Shown here piece after piece: positions 25,165 through 38,006 of a stretch of DNA of 64,000 nt. Below the pieces are notes generated by a model, which ran no database searches, had not been told where the DNA came from, and was given only the letters and a program-made list of their open reading frames with translations. Source of the DNA: Anolis carolinensis (Eukaryota); the NCBI RefSeq assembly GCF_035594765.1, contig NW_026943820.1, forward strand, positions 24,560,647 through 24,624,646. The letters are read 5' to 3'. The translations under genes were made by a program, and so were the position numbers. Position 1 is the first letter of the stretch, and each line of letters begins with the position of its first letter.

Positions 25165-25275
25165 ACAATATCATTACAAAATTTGCAGGTGATACAACAG
25201 TGGTGAGGCTTATCTCTGAAGAGAACAGAGTGCTGACAAAAATATTATTAGAAAAATCTAATAATCTGTGGACAG
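25165..25275 (+). mobile_element. Rex1/Babar-like RT fragment
   Basis: ITKFAGDTTVVRLISEE resembles IIKFADDTTVVGLI. Confidence 0.5.
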
Positions 25276-25709
25276 GTTTCGTTGTTCTACAACATTTGCA
25301 ACTTGTAGAGGTAGATGGGGAGTCTGCCTCCCCTACCCACTGTTTAATAGCCAATCTTCAGGGTACAATTGTCTAATTTGAAACATTATCATGTGGCCTA
25401 TTTTCAAAACCACCTCAGCCCCCAAATCTGATTTTAAAACCTATCCACCAGGCACAGAAGCCACAAAGCCTGAAAGGGCTGTACATGAACCACAGACCAT
25501 GTGTGGTTGACTCCTGTTTGATGTGATGAGAACATAGAGACCAGTTCCAAGTAATATCTAAATTGACCATCTTTCCAATAATAACAATCAGCAAAAGGGG
25601 TACTGTGGAAACTTCCTAGAATTCCTTCATTCTATAGATAGGAGTTGCTGGCTCATGAATCTAAACTCAGTTAACAGTCATTCTGTACTTATAAAACATT
25701 CTTCCTCAG

Positions 25710-25769
25710 ACAGCTACACCTATCGGGACAAAATGCTCTGGGATGTGTATCAGATGATCAGAGAAGAAG
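25710..25769 (+). CDS. CENPN: CENPN exon
   Basis: cctcag|(Y)SYTYRDKMLWDVYQMIREE+G|gtaag; WDVYQM resembles human WDVFQM. Confidence 0.92.
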
Positions 25770-26679
25770 GTAAGTTACAGTTATCTGAAAATGTTAGCAA
25801 TTGTATTATTTTATACATATTTACAAGTACTGTATTTCCTTGATATTAAGATGCACTTCTCCTACACCCATATAAACATCTGTGAAAATGGGGTGCATCT
25901 TAGAATCATGGGTGCTAGAAATGTATTTTCTGCTGTTTTAAGTTGTGTTAACTTCTGCTTCAAATATACAGTTTCTTCTTATCTCTGATAATGGGATTTC
26001 TGTAGAAAAGGGCTTAGACAGTAAAAGTTAAAACATCTAATTCATGTCTTAATATCTAGTCAAATTTGATGTTAGACAAATGCGATATTAAAAGAATAAT
26101 CATTTACTTGTGTACATTTTGTCTGCCTTTGTATAGCTTTTTCAACTTTGCTTATCTGTACAAGAATACTAAATCACAAATTAGTTTTCTCTGTAGATAT
26201 TTGACTGTTTTGCAATATTCAAAATTTGCAGCAAATTATAAACCAGAAAATCAGGTTGTTTTCTAATTTAAGGCAAATCAAGAATGGGGAAACAATTACC
26301 TGTTTTAAGTAAATTCAGTGTGTTAATAAAGCTTATCAGTTAAGGTATGTGTTCTTGCTCCATTTCTTAAGATAATAATTTCTTTAATATCTGGAGGGAT
26401 TGTCATGTTAGTTTTGTGGCACTTTAAATATTGGTTAATGTATGTATTATGCCAAAGATTTCATAGATTTTTATTTTTTACTTTATAATTTTTTAAATAT
26501 AATATGCCTTTAAATTGCCACAAGACTCTGAAACTTCATTCTTAGCAATCTTTCGAATGAACATCCTGAAATTGGTAAGATTGTTCCCATGAATGTATTA
26601 CATGTCTTCCGAAACTGACAGAGAATTAATGGGCCCTCCTTTGTTTCTTTAAATCCAAAAGATCTACTTTATTTGGCAG

Positions 26680-26756
26680 GTGATGAAAATGACTTTTTTG
26701 ACTTGGCAAATTTTACAAAGAAGTTTGAAGAAAGCCTTCGGTCATCCTTCAAAAAT
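26680..26756 (+). CDS. CENPN: CENPN exon
   Basis: ggcag|(G)DENDFFDLANFTKKFEESLRSSFKN|gtaag; 77 bp. Confidence 0.92.
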
Positions 26757-27156
26757 GTAAGAACAATGTAATTGTGTATAGTTTTCTAAAGTGGAGACAT
26801 TTTACTTATTATTCTACCATATTAAAATAATGAAATATAAAGCAATTTAGAATTACAAGAAAGAAAGGTGTCATTCCACTAAGAAATTTTAAAATGTTTT
26901 TGGTCTCGAATTCTGACAGGTTTACAAGCCATTTTATTATTGCACATTTTATTATCATATTGAGGAAAGATCATTGGATATACTATAAGGATAGTGTAGA
27001 AAAGTCCTTTGCAGTGTATTTGTTTCTCTTGTAATACATCTATAAAAACTAATAATCACTTGACACACGCTTTTAACTATGATGTGCTTGCTGTATTAGA
27101 TATTTGATTATATTGCCAGCATAATAATGTGGATTTCTCCTTTATTTCTAAATCAG

Positions 27157-27333
27157 GTAACTATCACTTTTAAAGAATTTGAAGATAATTCAATATGGAT
27201 TCGAGTTGCATGGGGAGCACAGTATAGAAAACCAAACCAGTACAAGCCAAGTTATGTTGTTTACCACTCACAGACTCCTTATGTCTTCATCTGTAAATCT
27301 ATAAATAAAAGCTCCATGCCTCTGCTTTTTCAG
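27157..27333 (+). CDS. CENPN: CENPN exon
   Basis: atcag|VTITFKEFEDNSIWIRVAWGAQYRKPNQYKPSYVVYHSQTPY...LLFQ|gtaaat. Confidence 0.96.
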
Positions 27334-27633
27334 GTAAATGTACTTGGCCTTTATGTTTCATGCTCTGTCAGTCTTAAGGTACATTCTGAACAAAAGTGAA
27401 TGAATGACAATAGAAGTTTTGGTTTGTTTATTCCGCTGTGATTTTTATTTTTGAGAATTTACATATTATATATTATTTATTACATGCATTTAGGGTTACA
27501 TTACATATGTAATTACATATGTGTTATTGAATTAAATCAAATGATAATTCTAAAAAAGGAATGTAATGAAATAGAATGATAATAGTCTTTCAACATTAAA
27601 TTAAAATAAAACTACCTCCATTTTCATTTGAAG

Positions 27634-27735
27634 GCACTGCTGGTTGCTGCAAATTACAGTGATATCCATGAAATGGACCTCCGAAGCCGTTGTTTAGATT
27701 CCCTTAAAGATATTGTATTTAAGCGATGTAGCAAG
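27634..27735 (+). CDS. CENPN: CENPN exon
   Basis: tgaag|ALLVAANYSDIHEMDLRSRCLDSLKDIVFKRCSK|gtgag. Confidence 0.94.
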
Positions 27736-28867
27736 GTGAGATGTTTGTAACTGTTCTAAACCAAATCTTGGGATTCTTGTTTTGGGATTGCCTCAAAACC
27801 TCCAAGCAGGTTTGAAAATGCCTTCTTCCAAGACACTGTGCCATAGTACTGTAGAGCAGGACAATCTTGTAATAAGGTAACACTAGGCCGATTTCCAAAC
27901 ATCTGGTGTTCTGGAAATATTTCTCAACACTTAATTAAAAGACAAATAACATATTTCATTGCATAATAGTCACACTTTCTATTCCCTGGTTGGAAAAAAG
28001 GGGGTCCAACTATTATGCAATGAAATACAGTTGGTGCCTTCTATTTATTGCATTCTGGGTTTGTTGCTTTTAAAAAAAAAACCTGTCTTATCCTTGAGAT
28101 GAAGAGGAAAGAGAGAGAGCTCGGTATTCGTTTAAACTTTCACTGAGGGGAAAAGGGAGTTCCTCAGTTTTATAAATGCCTGCAATGTTTATCTGAGGAA
28201 AGGAGAAAAACCCGTTTGGGGACCCCAAAAACGGAGGTGTAACTGTTCTGCAGTGGCAACTATATCGTAATGTAATATGGTAGTAAATTTGGCTTGCTGG
28301 TGGAATTGGGGCATGCCTAGACATTAGGAACTAGGCCAATTCTCACAATTCCTTGCATAAGTCAGAAATCGGGCATCCTGACGAAATTCCTCTGAATATA
28401 GAGCTCCATATTCCTCCATGACTTAGCACCTGCCACATACCACTGGGGAGGGAAAGGCATTGAGATGCAGTTCAGATCTGGGAAAGGGGCTGTTTGCAAC
28501 TTGGTTGGACTAGGGAAAAAAATAAGTATGTGCTCTCGAATGGAATGCATGCACATTTTCTCTCACCCAGGAACTCAGGATTCCAGATCTTCATAACAAA
28601 GGTCCCTCCTGAGACCTGGTGGTTAGTAGGTAGTGGGAAGTTTTTCAATGCAGTGAGTAGGCAAGTGAATATGGAAGGAATAGGCAACTGTGGCATAGGA
28701 GAAACTATCCTTTTTCCTCAGCTGGGCTGCTCTGATGCATAACCAGCAACTTGGAGGTGACAAAAAGTCAGTTCTGGTTTCTGTGCAGGCTGGTAGCAGC
28801 TATTGGGAAGCAGGAATGAGGCCATGAAAGGGAGTTGATGCTGCACTTTTCTCACCTCTGAATGAAA

Positions 28868-29137
28868 AGCCCCCAGTGGTGCACTGGGTTAAACCCTTGT
28901 GCCAGCAGGACGGATTACTTGAAGGTTGGGTTGCTGACCTGAAGGTTGCTGCTTCGAATCCAACCCAGGGAGAGCGCGGATGAGCTCCCTTTATCAGCTC
29001 TAGCTCCATGCAGGGACATGAGAGAAGCCTCCCACCAGGATGGTAAAAACATCCACGCATCCCTTGGGCAGACCGCCAATTCTCTTATACCAGAAGCGAC
29101 TTGCAGTTTCTCAAGTCGCTCCTAACATGAAAAAAAA
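28868..29137 (+). mobile_element. SINE family A
   Basis: Full length, A tail, TSD CCTCTGAATG. Confidence 0.85.
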
Positions 29138-29347
29138 CCCTCTGAATGGAAGCGTGAGTTGTACGTAATTGAGACATATTCCTTCAAACCTGGTTGTGAC
29201 TAGCTTCCTGTTGGTCTCAAAGAAACCAGAATGCATTTCACAACTGTTTGTAAAACACACTGAGTTGTGAATCTGGAAAGCTTGTTTTTACTGATTATAT
29301 GGATGAAAATATACTAAATGAATGTTCTTTTCTCCTTGCTTCCTTAG

Positions 29348-29405
29348 AGCTTTCCAACCCATCACCTACAACCTCTCCAAGAAAAAAACAGCAATCTGGA
29401 AAATG
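29348..29405 (+). CDS. CENPN: CENPN exon
   Basis: ccttag|SFPTHHLQPLQEKNSNLEN+G|gtatc; phase 0/1 fits both neighbours. Confidence 0.85.
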
Positions 29406-29622
29406 GTATCTATACTGACTTATGATACATAGTTTTAAATCAAAACCATTTCTTCTAATATTAAGGGTGTTTGCCATCACCCATAATGGGTGGACCAGAG
29501 TCAGGACATATCTCCTGCGTGCATGCACAGTAAGACATCCAGCAGATGAAGCCTTTCAACCATGCATGTTACTTTGACAGGTATGGTTTAGTTGGGAGCT
29601 TAAGAGATTCTTTGTTTTCCAG

Positions 29623-29735
29623 TGGATCCAAGGATAATTCGGGAAGATAAGCATGAAAAGGAAAGAATTCAAAGGATTGATCGAGAAACCTTTGGTGATG
29701 GTCCTCAACCAAAACTAGAGTTTGCACAATATCGG
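29623..29735 (+). CDS. CENPN: CENPN exon
   Basis: ttccag|(V)DPRIIREDKHEKERIQRIDRETFGDGPQPKLEFAQYR|gtaaa. Confidence 0.95.
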
Positions 29736-31143
29736 GTAAAAAATTGGTTATGTATATTTGTACATATATTTGCTTTGGATAGTTTTGTTATGTTCTTTAT
29801 GCCTTCTTTCCATGTGCCTTGCCTCTTGATCCCTGCAAGATTCCATTGGTTTGAGCAACCTGCTCACCAAGGCAGAGGTTTTGAATTTGGTAGCAATTGA
29901 GGTGCAGCAGAGGCCTTCCTTGCTCTCTTCTCTGCATGATTGTGTCCTCTAATGCGTTCAGTTGTTTTCCAAATCTTTCGCCATTTACACTCTGGCTGTC
30001 ATCAGCCTACGCTTCCTCAGAATACCAAGAACCAATGCAGTCTTTTCCGGATGTGTGTGATTTCTAATGATACATTCCTTCAATATGTAGCATTCTTGAG
30101 ATTCCATTCCAAATCTGAGCACAGTGCTGCTTCTTTTGCTTCCATGTGCCAGATATTAGTTGGATGCAATACAGATTCCTCATTGTGCGCGCAGAGCTTC
30201 TCTGCATTTAAAATGGTGAAATACCATGCAAGTGATGAATGGAAACTATTTGTCCTATCTCAGTAGATAAAACAAGTCCAAAGCTAAAATAACTTTCCAG
30301 GTTTTTTTCTGTAACCATCAGCCAGCAAGGATTTGGATCTGTAAATTAAAACATGAACCTAACTGCAAGACAAACAACATTCAGAATTGCAACAATGTTA
30401 TGGGGGGTTCTTTTTTGTAAACAAAATAATGTATTAATCTTAGGTGCTTGTCTACCACAAGGCGGCACCCTTTACCTTCCTTGCCTTTCCACTTATTGTA
30501 CTCATTGCCTTTAAGAAGGTTGAAGGGTACAAATACAAGCCATGTTCCTTACTATTTGTGTTAAAAAAGCAGGCTTCAGATAAAAATATAGATTCCAATT
30601 TCCCTTTAATTCACCATATAGCATTTCAGCATGTAAAATCTAATCAAAACATTAAACCAAGAAAATAAAGAGGTGAGATAAATGTGCATCTTTACCACAT
30701 GCCAATACAGGGTTATGAGTGGCCTTCACAAAACAGTCATATAAATAAGATGATAAAATATAACTGTTGATTTTGTTAAAAATATATATTAGGTTTTCAA
30801 AAATACAACATTTAAGACCTCCTCCCCCCAACCTCCCCCACCCTTTAAAAATACAAATAAAAATTAAAAAGATGCTAAAAATATATTGGACTATTTCTCC
30901 CCAAACCAGGCCTAGCAAGGCATATATCAAAATATGACTTATTTTTCAAATGTGCAGATGAATGTGTTGTCATCTATAACAAAATAGTAAGGGACTAGAT
31001 ATTTCAGAAAGGAATTCTAAGTCGTCATAAATTAAAAATCAGTTACAATGTGTTGTTCAAAAAAGGAAAGTGTTATGATTTCCAACTGTCAACAATTTAG
31101 ACGCGAAGGGCTTTTTTAACCTCTTGATTGTTATGGTTTACAG

Positions 31144-31267
31144 CTTAAGACAACATTCAGAGGCGATCTAATAAATGACATCTTGCCTAATATAGAACCA
31201 TTTAGATGTACGGTCAAGTTTTCCAGTCCTCATCTTTTAGAAGCCTTACGATCCCTAGCACCAGCTG
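31144..31267 (+). CDS. CENPN: CENPN exon
   Basis: ttacag|LKTTFRGDLINDILPNIEPFRCTVKFSSPHLLEALRSLAPA+G|gtaag. Confidence 0.95.
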
Positions 31268-31845
31268 GTAAGTATTCCAGAAGTAGCAAAATTCAAGCAC
31301 AATCACTTGTATCATTCCCGTATAGAAGGGGCGGGGAATTTTGCGGGAGGGGACCTGAGTACCCATTTGGGGGTTTGGGATATTAAACAACTGTGTCAGG
31401 GTTGTTTGAAACAAAAAGGGCTGCAGTTGAGGGTGGACAATTGCAATTTTTACTGTTGTAACAAAAGCAACCATTTCATAGAAAGGGAGACTGGTGAGAT
31501 TAGAAGGCCAATATATTTTTGAAACTAGTCCTGTGTGCCAACAAAAAATCTGTTTCATAGTAAGGCAAACCAGTTTTCCATATCACTTTTAAACAAACTC
31601 AAAACCAATGTGCCAATGAGCAAAATATTTTAGAGCATTATAGGAGTTCAAAGTAAAATCGAAATACTTTCAGCTGTACTAGTGGCAGAGTCGAATCTGT
31701 TTTATGACACTGAAAAAGCAAGCACTGCTAGGCTCTGAATTTCTTCCTGAAGTATATGAAAATGTCAGTTCTATAAACAAATAATAGAATTTGTACATTG
31801 ACAATTTGTTCTAATGGTGCGGTTTGGTTTTGTCTCCTATCTTAG

Positions 31846-31976
31846 GGATAGCAGATGCTCCACTCTCCCCGTTACTTACTTGCATCACACAAAAAGCCAG
31901 GAACCATTTTAATATCCGAGAGAGAGAAGGTGCACATTCAAAGAACTCTCCTGGTCAGGGACGTATTTACAAGTAG
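31846..31976 (+). CDS. CENPN: CENPN terminal exon
   Basis: cttag|(G)IADAPLSPLLTCITQKARNHFNIREREGAHSKNSPGQGRIYK-TAG; AATAAA at ~32435. The joined CDS from 21915 is 1059 nt (352 aa). Confidence 0.93.
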
Positions 31977-33191
31977 ACAAAAAACTCATCTAGCCATTTT
32001 CATGGATTATGATTTGACTAAAGGGAAATGACACAGAATCTACGCTGAGTTCTCCACTGTTCATTGCATCCTGTTACAGTAGAACAATGGTCAAATTGGT
32101 AGGTTATCTAAACTTCTTTGACTCTGTGACATGTTTTGGTGTATCTATCTGGTACAATCTCTGGCCGAACTTTTTCTACATTGCTTCTGTAATAATCAAA
32201 AGCAATCTTCTGTGGTAGGCCATAAGGTCAAACTTTATGAAACTGAGGAATCGGTTGTCATATTACCTTTGGGGCACTTGCTTGGTCTCAGCTAGTTGAA
32301 TTCTCATTTTTAATACAGTATTACAACTTTATTCAACATGATGCAGTCTTCAGTTGTGAAAATATATGGTCATACTTAGGCCTGCTGGTAATTAAAGCTG
32401 ATAAATGTTGGGTGTAGTTTTTTGCTTATGAAATAATAAATAAATTACATTTTATGAGCACTCTTGACTATTTTTAACCATTAGCTTGTATAAAGCTTTT
32501 TAGTCACACAGTTAAGTCTACAGTTTTGCATCAGATTAAATAGATACGATATGCAGAATTTGGAGTGTGTGCTATGTAATTGTGCTGAATCTGGGATAAT
32601 ACTTTTACCATTAAGATGTTATCAAAGTTTGAAAAAGCTATTTTCAGACAAAAAATATGTATCCATATTCAGCACACACTGTAAAGAATGAACATGTTGG
32701 CATCACTATACTGTTACAACCACTTTAAAGAGATGTATGCCTTTAGTGAATAGAAATTTGATAGTTGCTGTGTGTTTTCTGGGCTGTATGGCCATGTTTC
32801 AGAAGCATTTTTTTCCTATGGCCATACAGCCCAGAAAACTCACAGCAACCCATTGATTCTGGCCAGGAAAGCATTTGACAACACAAATTTGATATCTAAA
32901 TGAGGTTGGAAGGTTATATATTTTGGAGAGTAAAATATTTCCCTGGTCTTATATTTAACCGTTCAAAAATAAAGGACAAAAAGGGATTTTATTCAGCCAA
33001 ATAAATGAACTTGAATTTTAGTGGAAAGTATTCATTTTAACTATTTATTGCATTATATGTACTTTGAAATCATGACACTGCAATGTGTCTGGCTATTTGT
33101 TTTCATTACTTCATTGCTGTTTTTAGTAGTGTATACATTCTATTATTCAGACAATTGATCAACTTGTAAATATCTTCTCATCTGTACATAT

Positions 33192-33418
33192 ATTTATTTA
33201 TTTACAGCATTTATATTCCGCCCTTCTCACCCCGAAGGGGACTCAGGGCGGATCACATTACACATATAGGCAAACATTCAATGCCTTTTAACATAGAACA
33301 AAGACAAGACAAACATAGGCTTCGAGCGGGCCTCGAACTCATGACCTCCTGGTCAGAGTGATTCATTGCAGTTAATTGCAGCTGGCTTGTTCTCCCGCCT
33401 GCGCCACAGCCCGGGCCC
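33192..33418 (-). mobile_element. same L2-tailed SINE, second copy
   Basis: Near-identical to 20475-20695. Confidence 0.85.
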
Positions 33419-33479
33419 ATAAATAAATAAATGGTTTGTTCATGAGGTTTCTTCCACAACATTATTTCATATTGATATT

Positions 33480-33870
33480 CCTCCAAGGAATGCATGAAAA
33501 ACAAGATGTATTTGAGGTATGCAAAGATCATTGAACCCAGCTTGAGACTCATGACTGGAATGCAATAACAAAAATATATATCTCTCCCAGAGAAAGAGGC
33601 CAAACTGGAGGCCAAAAGGGGAAGAGCATCAACTTGCGTCAAGGATGTGTATATTTGTGAGGAAACCATGACTTAAAATTACAGAAAACAGATTGAGAGC
33701 TTTTGGTTAAATTAAAGGAAGGGCAGCAACGGTTACATCATTGTATAAGTCTATTACAGATCTCCAAGAGAGACCAAACATTTGGATGATAAATTCTTAG
33801 AACAGTTTTTTTAAAAGGGGGAGATTTAGAGGTAATGGGAGACTTCAACCACTTGATATTTATTGGAGGT
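33480..33870 (+). mobile_element. old CR1 endonuclease-region fragment
   Basis: Degenerate HDWN, VYYRSP and VMGDFN motifs. Confidence 0.6.
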
Positions 33871-34643
33871 CAAACGCTACCAGGAAACTAAGGCTCCACA
33901 CACACAGCTGAATAAAATCCCACATTTTCTGTTTTGAGCTCCGTTACGTGGCAGTGTGGATTCAGATAACCCAGTTCAAAGCAGGCATTATGGATTATCT
34001 GCCTTGATATTCTGGGTTATATGGCAGTGTGGAAGGGCCCAAATTTTTGCCTTGGAGACAGTTTCATTTTTCAGCAAGTGGAGGAGGCAACAAGGGGATC
34101 ATCTTTTTTGGACCAAATCCTTACCAATTATATCGTGTTTCCCCAAAAATAAGACAATGTCTTATATTATTTTTTACTCCCAAACGTACTCCTATTTTTA
34201 CTTGGTGCCCTTCCCTGAATTGCAGAAGTTCATAGTATTTTCCCATGCAATTCAAGTCAAGTCAGAGTACAATAGTCCAGTGTGGAAGGACCAATGTGTC
34301 CGAACTGCATATTTGTCGTCCATCCTGTGTGTTCTGGCAACCAAATGAAGGAGCTCCTCTGCTTCCTGCCTTGAAGCTATAACTTCTGATCTGGAAAATG
34401 CAGTCCATGGTCAAGTTCCTAATCCAAGCAGCCTATGTATCTGAGGCTGGATTTAAAATGGGATGGATAGATTAGTATTTTATCCATCCATTTATCTCAG
34501 TGCCAAAATGTTCATTCCTATGTCTGGTGTTACTGGATTTGTGTTTTCAACTTGTTTTAATGTACTGTTAGCTACTTTGAGTTCCATTATCAGGAGAAGG
34601 GGTGTATGAACAGATTAAAATAAGAATAGTAGCAATTATATTA

Positions 34644-34963
34644 CAGTAGAGTCTCACTTATCCAACACTCGCTTATCCAACGTTTTGGATTATCCAACAC
34701 ATTTTTGTAGTCAATGTTTTCAATACATCATGATATTTTGGTGCTAAATTCGTAAATACAGTAATTACTACATAGCATTACTGCGTATTGAACTACTTTT
34801 TCTGTCAAATTTGTTGTATAACATGATGTTTTGGTGCTTAATTTGTAAAATCATAACCTAATTTGATGTTGAATAGGCTTTTCCTTAATCTCTCATTATC
34901 CAACATATTCGCTTATCCAACGTTCTGCCGGCCCGTTTATGTTGAATAAGCGAGATTCTACTG
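34644..34963. mobile_element. same MITE
   Basis: Both TIRs, TA flanks. Confidence 0.9.
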
Positions 34964-35529
34964 TAATTCTATGTGGATATTTTTTGAAAATCTATAATGG
35001 TTATTATTATATCCTGCTTTTCTCTCTTAAAAGTGGCGATTGGTGCTAAAAGCAATATACAGCGTAAAACGTAAAATATCGAAACGTTGAAGTAGAATTA
35101 AACAAGGGGCTCTGGAAACCGTTCAAACCATTAAAACCTATGCAAAACTGCATTTAAATCAGGTTTAATATGCATTTTAAATACTTCTTCCAGGCTCCTA
35201 CACAGCTGTATACAATCCAGATTATCTACTTTGAACTGGATTATATGGCAGTGCAGACTTGAACTAGATTGTATGGCAATGTAGACTCGGGACACGACAA
35301 TATAATCCAGAATATAAAAGCAGATAATCCACAATATCTGCTTTGAATTGGATTATGGGAGTCTACATTGCCATGTAATCCAGTTCAGTGTGGATTTTAT
35401 ACAGTTTAAGCGGCTGAGGGGGAAAAGGAAGGGGCCTGAGGCTGTCAGGAATGGTGGAGTTGGAAGTCCAAAACACCTGGAGGGAAGGCCCAAGTTTGCC
35501 CATGCCTGGCCTACTGCATAGTGGAGAGA

Positions 35530-35960
35530 GTCAGGGGGCGTGTCCTGTGGCAGTCGCCGGGTCATGAATATGCATGAGTGGGTTGTCCCTGCCGCCGGCT
35601 GGCTTCTTCAGCCAAACGGAAGTGCTGCGACGCTTGGTTCCGGGCGCTTCCGGGAGGAAGATGGCGGCGGCGGCGCGGAGCCTGTCGCGGAGGGGCGTGG
35701 GGCTGGGCCGGCCTCCTCGCCGCGGAGAGCCGCCTTCCTCCTCCGCCTCCTCGCCGTTGGATATCGTGAGGCCCTCGGTGGCGGAGCTCTCCCGGGCCGT
35801 GCGGAGCCACATCCCCTGCTCGGTGCCCGGCTGCGGAAAGGTGCTGCCCAACCCGCCGGCCCTCAGCATGCACCTCAGCAAGGCCCACCGCCTCCTGCCT
35901 CCTCAGGTGAGCCTGGCCCGGACTCCCCGCGAGGCCTTTCCTGGCGGCCTGTGCTTCTCC
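35530..35960 (+). promoter_or_regulatory. ATMIN CpG island/promoter
   Basis: CpG-rich. ETS-like CGGAAGTG (~35617) and TTCCGG motifs; YY1-like AAGATGGCGGC over the start codon. Confidence 0.75.
35661..35906 (+). CDS. ATMIN: ATM interactor (ASCIZ) exon 1
   Basis: MAAAARS...IVRPSVAELSRAVRSHIPCSVPGCGKVLPNPPALSMHLSKAHRL..Q|gtgag; first C2H2 zinc finger. Confidence 0.93.
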
Positions 35961-36061
35961 TCGTCCTCTGTCTTTCAAAAGCGGTCAAGAGCGACTTGAG
36001 AAACTGCAAGTCGCTTCTGATGTGAGACAACTGGCCTGACATAATAATAATAATAATAATA

Positions 36062-36481
36062 CCCTGTTTCCCCTAAAATAAGACATCCCCAGAAAATAAG
36101 ACCTAGTAGAGGTTTTGCTGAATTGCTAAATATAAGGCCTCCCCCGAAAGTAAGACCTAGCAAAGTTTTTGTTTGGAAGCATGCCCACCGAACAAAACAC
36201 CAGAGCATGCAGGATCAGTAAATGTACGTACCATAGGGTGTTGTACATGGAAATAATGGTCATAACAAGAAATTCTTGATAGGATTCACAGTTTGTCTGG
36301 TTATGCTGGTTTGTGATGACAACTACTTTACAGTATATAATAAATGTTCATTTTTTTTGTTCAACAATAAATATGAATTCTTCTTCATGGAAAAATAAGA
36401 CATCCCCTGAAAATAAGACCTAGAGCATCTTTGGGAGCAAAAATTAATATAAGACACTGTCTTATTTTCGGGAAAACACGG
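36062..36481. mobile_element. Tigger/pogo-like MITE
   Basis: TIR CC(C/G)TGTTT(C/T)CCC.AAAATAAGACA with TA flanks, inserted in a (TAA)n tract. Fragment at ~34133-34185. Confidence 0.8.
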
Positions 36482-36555
36482 TAATATATTTTGGGATCAC
36501 AAACCTGCAAAAGTATTGGAGAATGAGCATAATATAATAGTGAGCATAATATTAT

Positions 36556-36875
36556 GGGCCCCTGGTGGTGGCACAGTGTGTTAAAGCGCTGAGCTGCTGA
36601 ACTTGCAGACCGAAAGGTCCCAGGTTCAAATCCCGGGAGCGGAATGAGCGCCCGCTGTTAGCCCCAGCTCCTGCCAACCTAGCAGTTCGAAAACATGCAA
36701 ATGTGAGTAGATCAATAGGTACCGCTCCAGCGGGAAGGTAACGGCACTCCATGCAGTCATGCTGGCCACATGACCTTGGAGGTGTCTACAGACAACGCCG
36801 GCTTTGAAATGAAGCTGAGCACCAACCCCCAGAGTCGGTCATGACTGGACTTAACGTCAGGGGAAAACCTTTTTT
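36556..36875 (+). mobile_element. Sauria SINE
   Basis: tRNA-like head, GTTCGAAAACATGCAAATGTGAGTAGATCAATAGGTACC core, and a GGGGAAAACCTTT tail. Confidence 0.85.
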
Positions 36876-36897
36876 AACCCTATATATTATTATATAT

Positions 36898-36939
<42 letters not shown>

Positions 36940-36945
36940 TATTTC

Positions 36946-37432
36946 GGGATCACAAACCTGCAAAAGTATTGGAAAATGAGCATGCAAAGATACTGTGGGA
37001 CTTCCGAATCCAGACTGACAAAGTTCTGGAACAAAACACACCAGACATCACAGTTGTGGAAAAGAAAAAGGTTTGGATAATTGATGTCGCCATCCCAGGT
37101 GACAGTCGCATTGATGAAAAACAACAGGAAAAACTCAGCCGCTATCAGGACCTCAAGATTGAACTTCAAAGACTCTGGCAGAAACCAGTGCAGGTGGTCC
37201 CGGTGGTGATGGGCACATTGGGTGCCGTGCCAAAAGATCTCAGCCGGCATTTGGAAACAATAGACTAGACATTGACAAAATTACAATCTGCCAACTGCAA
37301 AAGGCCACCCTACTGGGATCTGCACGCATCATCCAAAAATAAATCTCACAGTCCTAGACACTTGGGAAGTGTTCGACTTGTGATTTTGTGATACGAAATC
37401 CAGCATATCTATCTTGTTTGCTGTGTCATAAT
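36946..37432 (+). mobile_element. R4/Dong-clade 3' fragment
   Basis: ILWDFRIQTD...PDITVVEK...IIDVAIPGD...EKLSRYQDL; same 3' UTR as 11875-12620; preceded by (TAA)n. Confidence 0.85.
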
Positions 37433-37880
37433 AAAATTGCTTTGTCGAACCCATGCTCTTCCCCTTTTTCTACATGTCAAAGGGAACGGGATGCAGGGCA
37501 GGGGAAGAAAAATATGAATTGAAAACATTATGAATTGCAGTGGGACATCAACGAAGGAACGGGTGATGTAAGTACACATCGCCCAGGCCAAGGCTCCTAT
37601 ATAGCTCGGCTTGTCAGGCAAACTAAGGCAATTGTTGACCTGGCTCAGGAATGCTCTGATCACTGTCATGTTACGTCACAAAGAGGACTGATTTGGTGTG
37701 GAATCTACCATGAGTTTTGCTTCTGCAGAAGATTATACGATGGTCCACTGAAGCTCTCAAAAATGTCCATTAAAGGTCTCATGTCAAGGCAGGCAAAGGA
37801 ATGAACATGGAAAATAGTATCTTCTGTTGTTAATTCCACATATTTGCTTCTTTAAAAATAATATTATTTTACTTCTTCAG

Positions 37881-38006
37881 GATGGAAAAATAAATCCTGC
37901 AGTAAGAAAAGACTTGAAAACACCACAGAAGTACTACTGCTGTCCAATTGAAGGCTGTCCGAGAGGACCACAAAGGCCCTTCTCACAGTTTTCGCTTGTA
38001 CGACAG
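37881..38006 (+). CDS. ATMIN: ATMIN exon 2
   Basis: ttcag|DGKINPAVRKDLKTPQKYYCCPIEGCPRGPQRPFSQFSLVRQ|gtacg. Confidence 0.96.

Noticed and set aside
35531-36025. Multiple overlapping ORFs at ATMIN exon 1, including an upstream in-frame ATG at 35574
   Set aside because: CpG-island shadow ORFs. The ATG at 35574 has weak context and probably lies upstream of the TSS, while 35661 has strong Kozak context and the typical MAA start.
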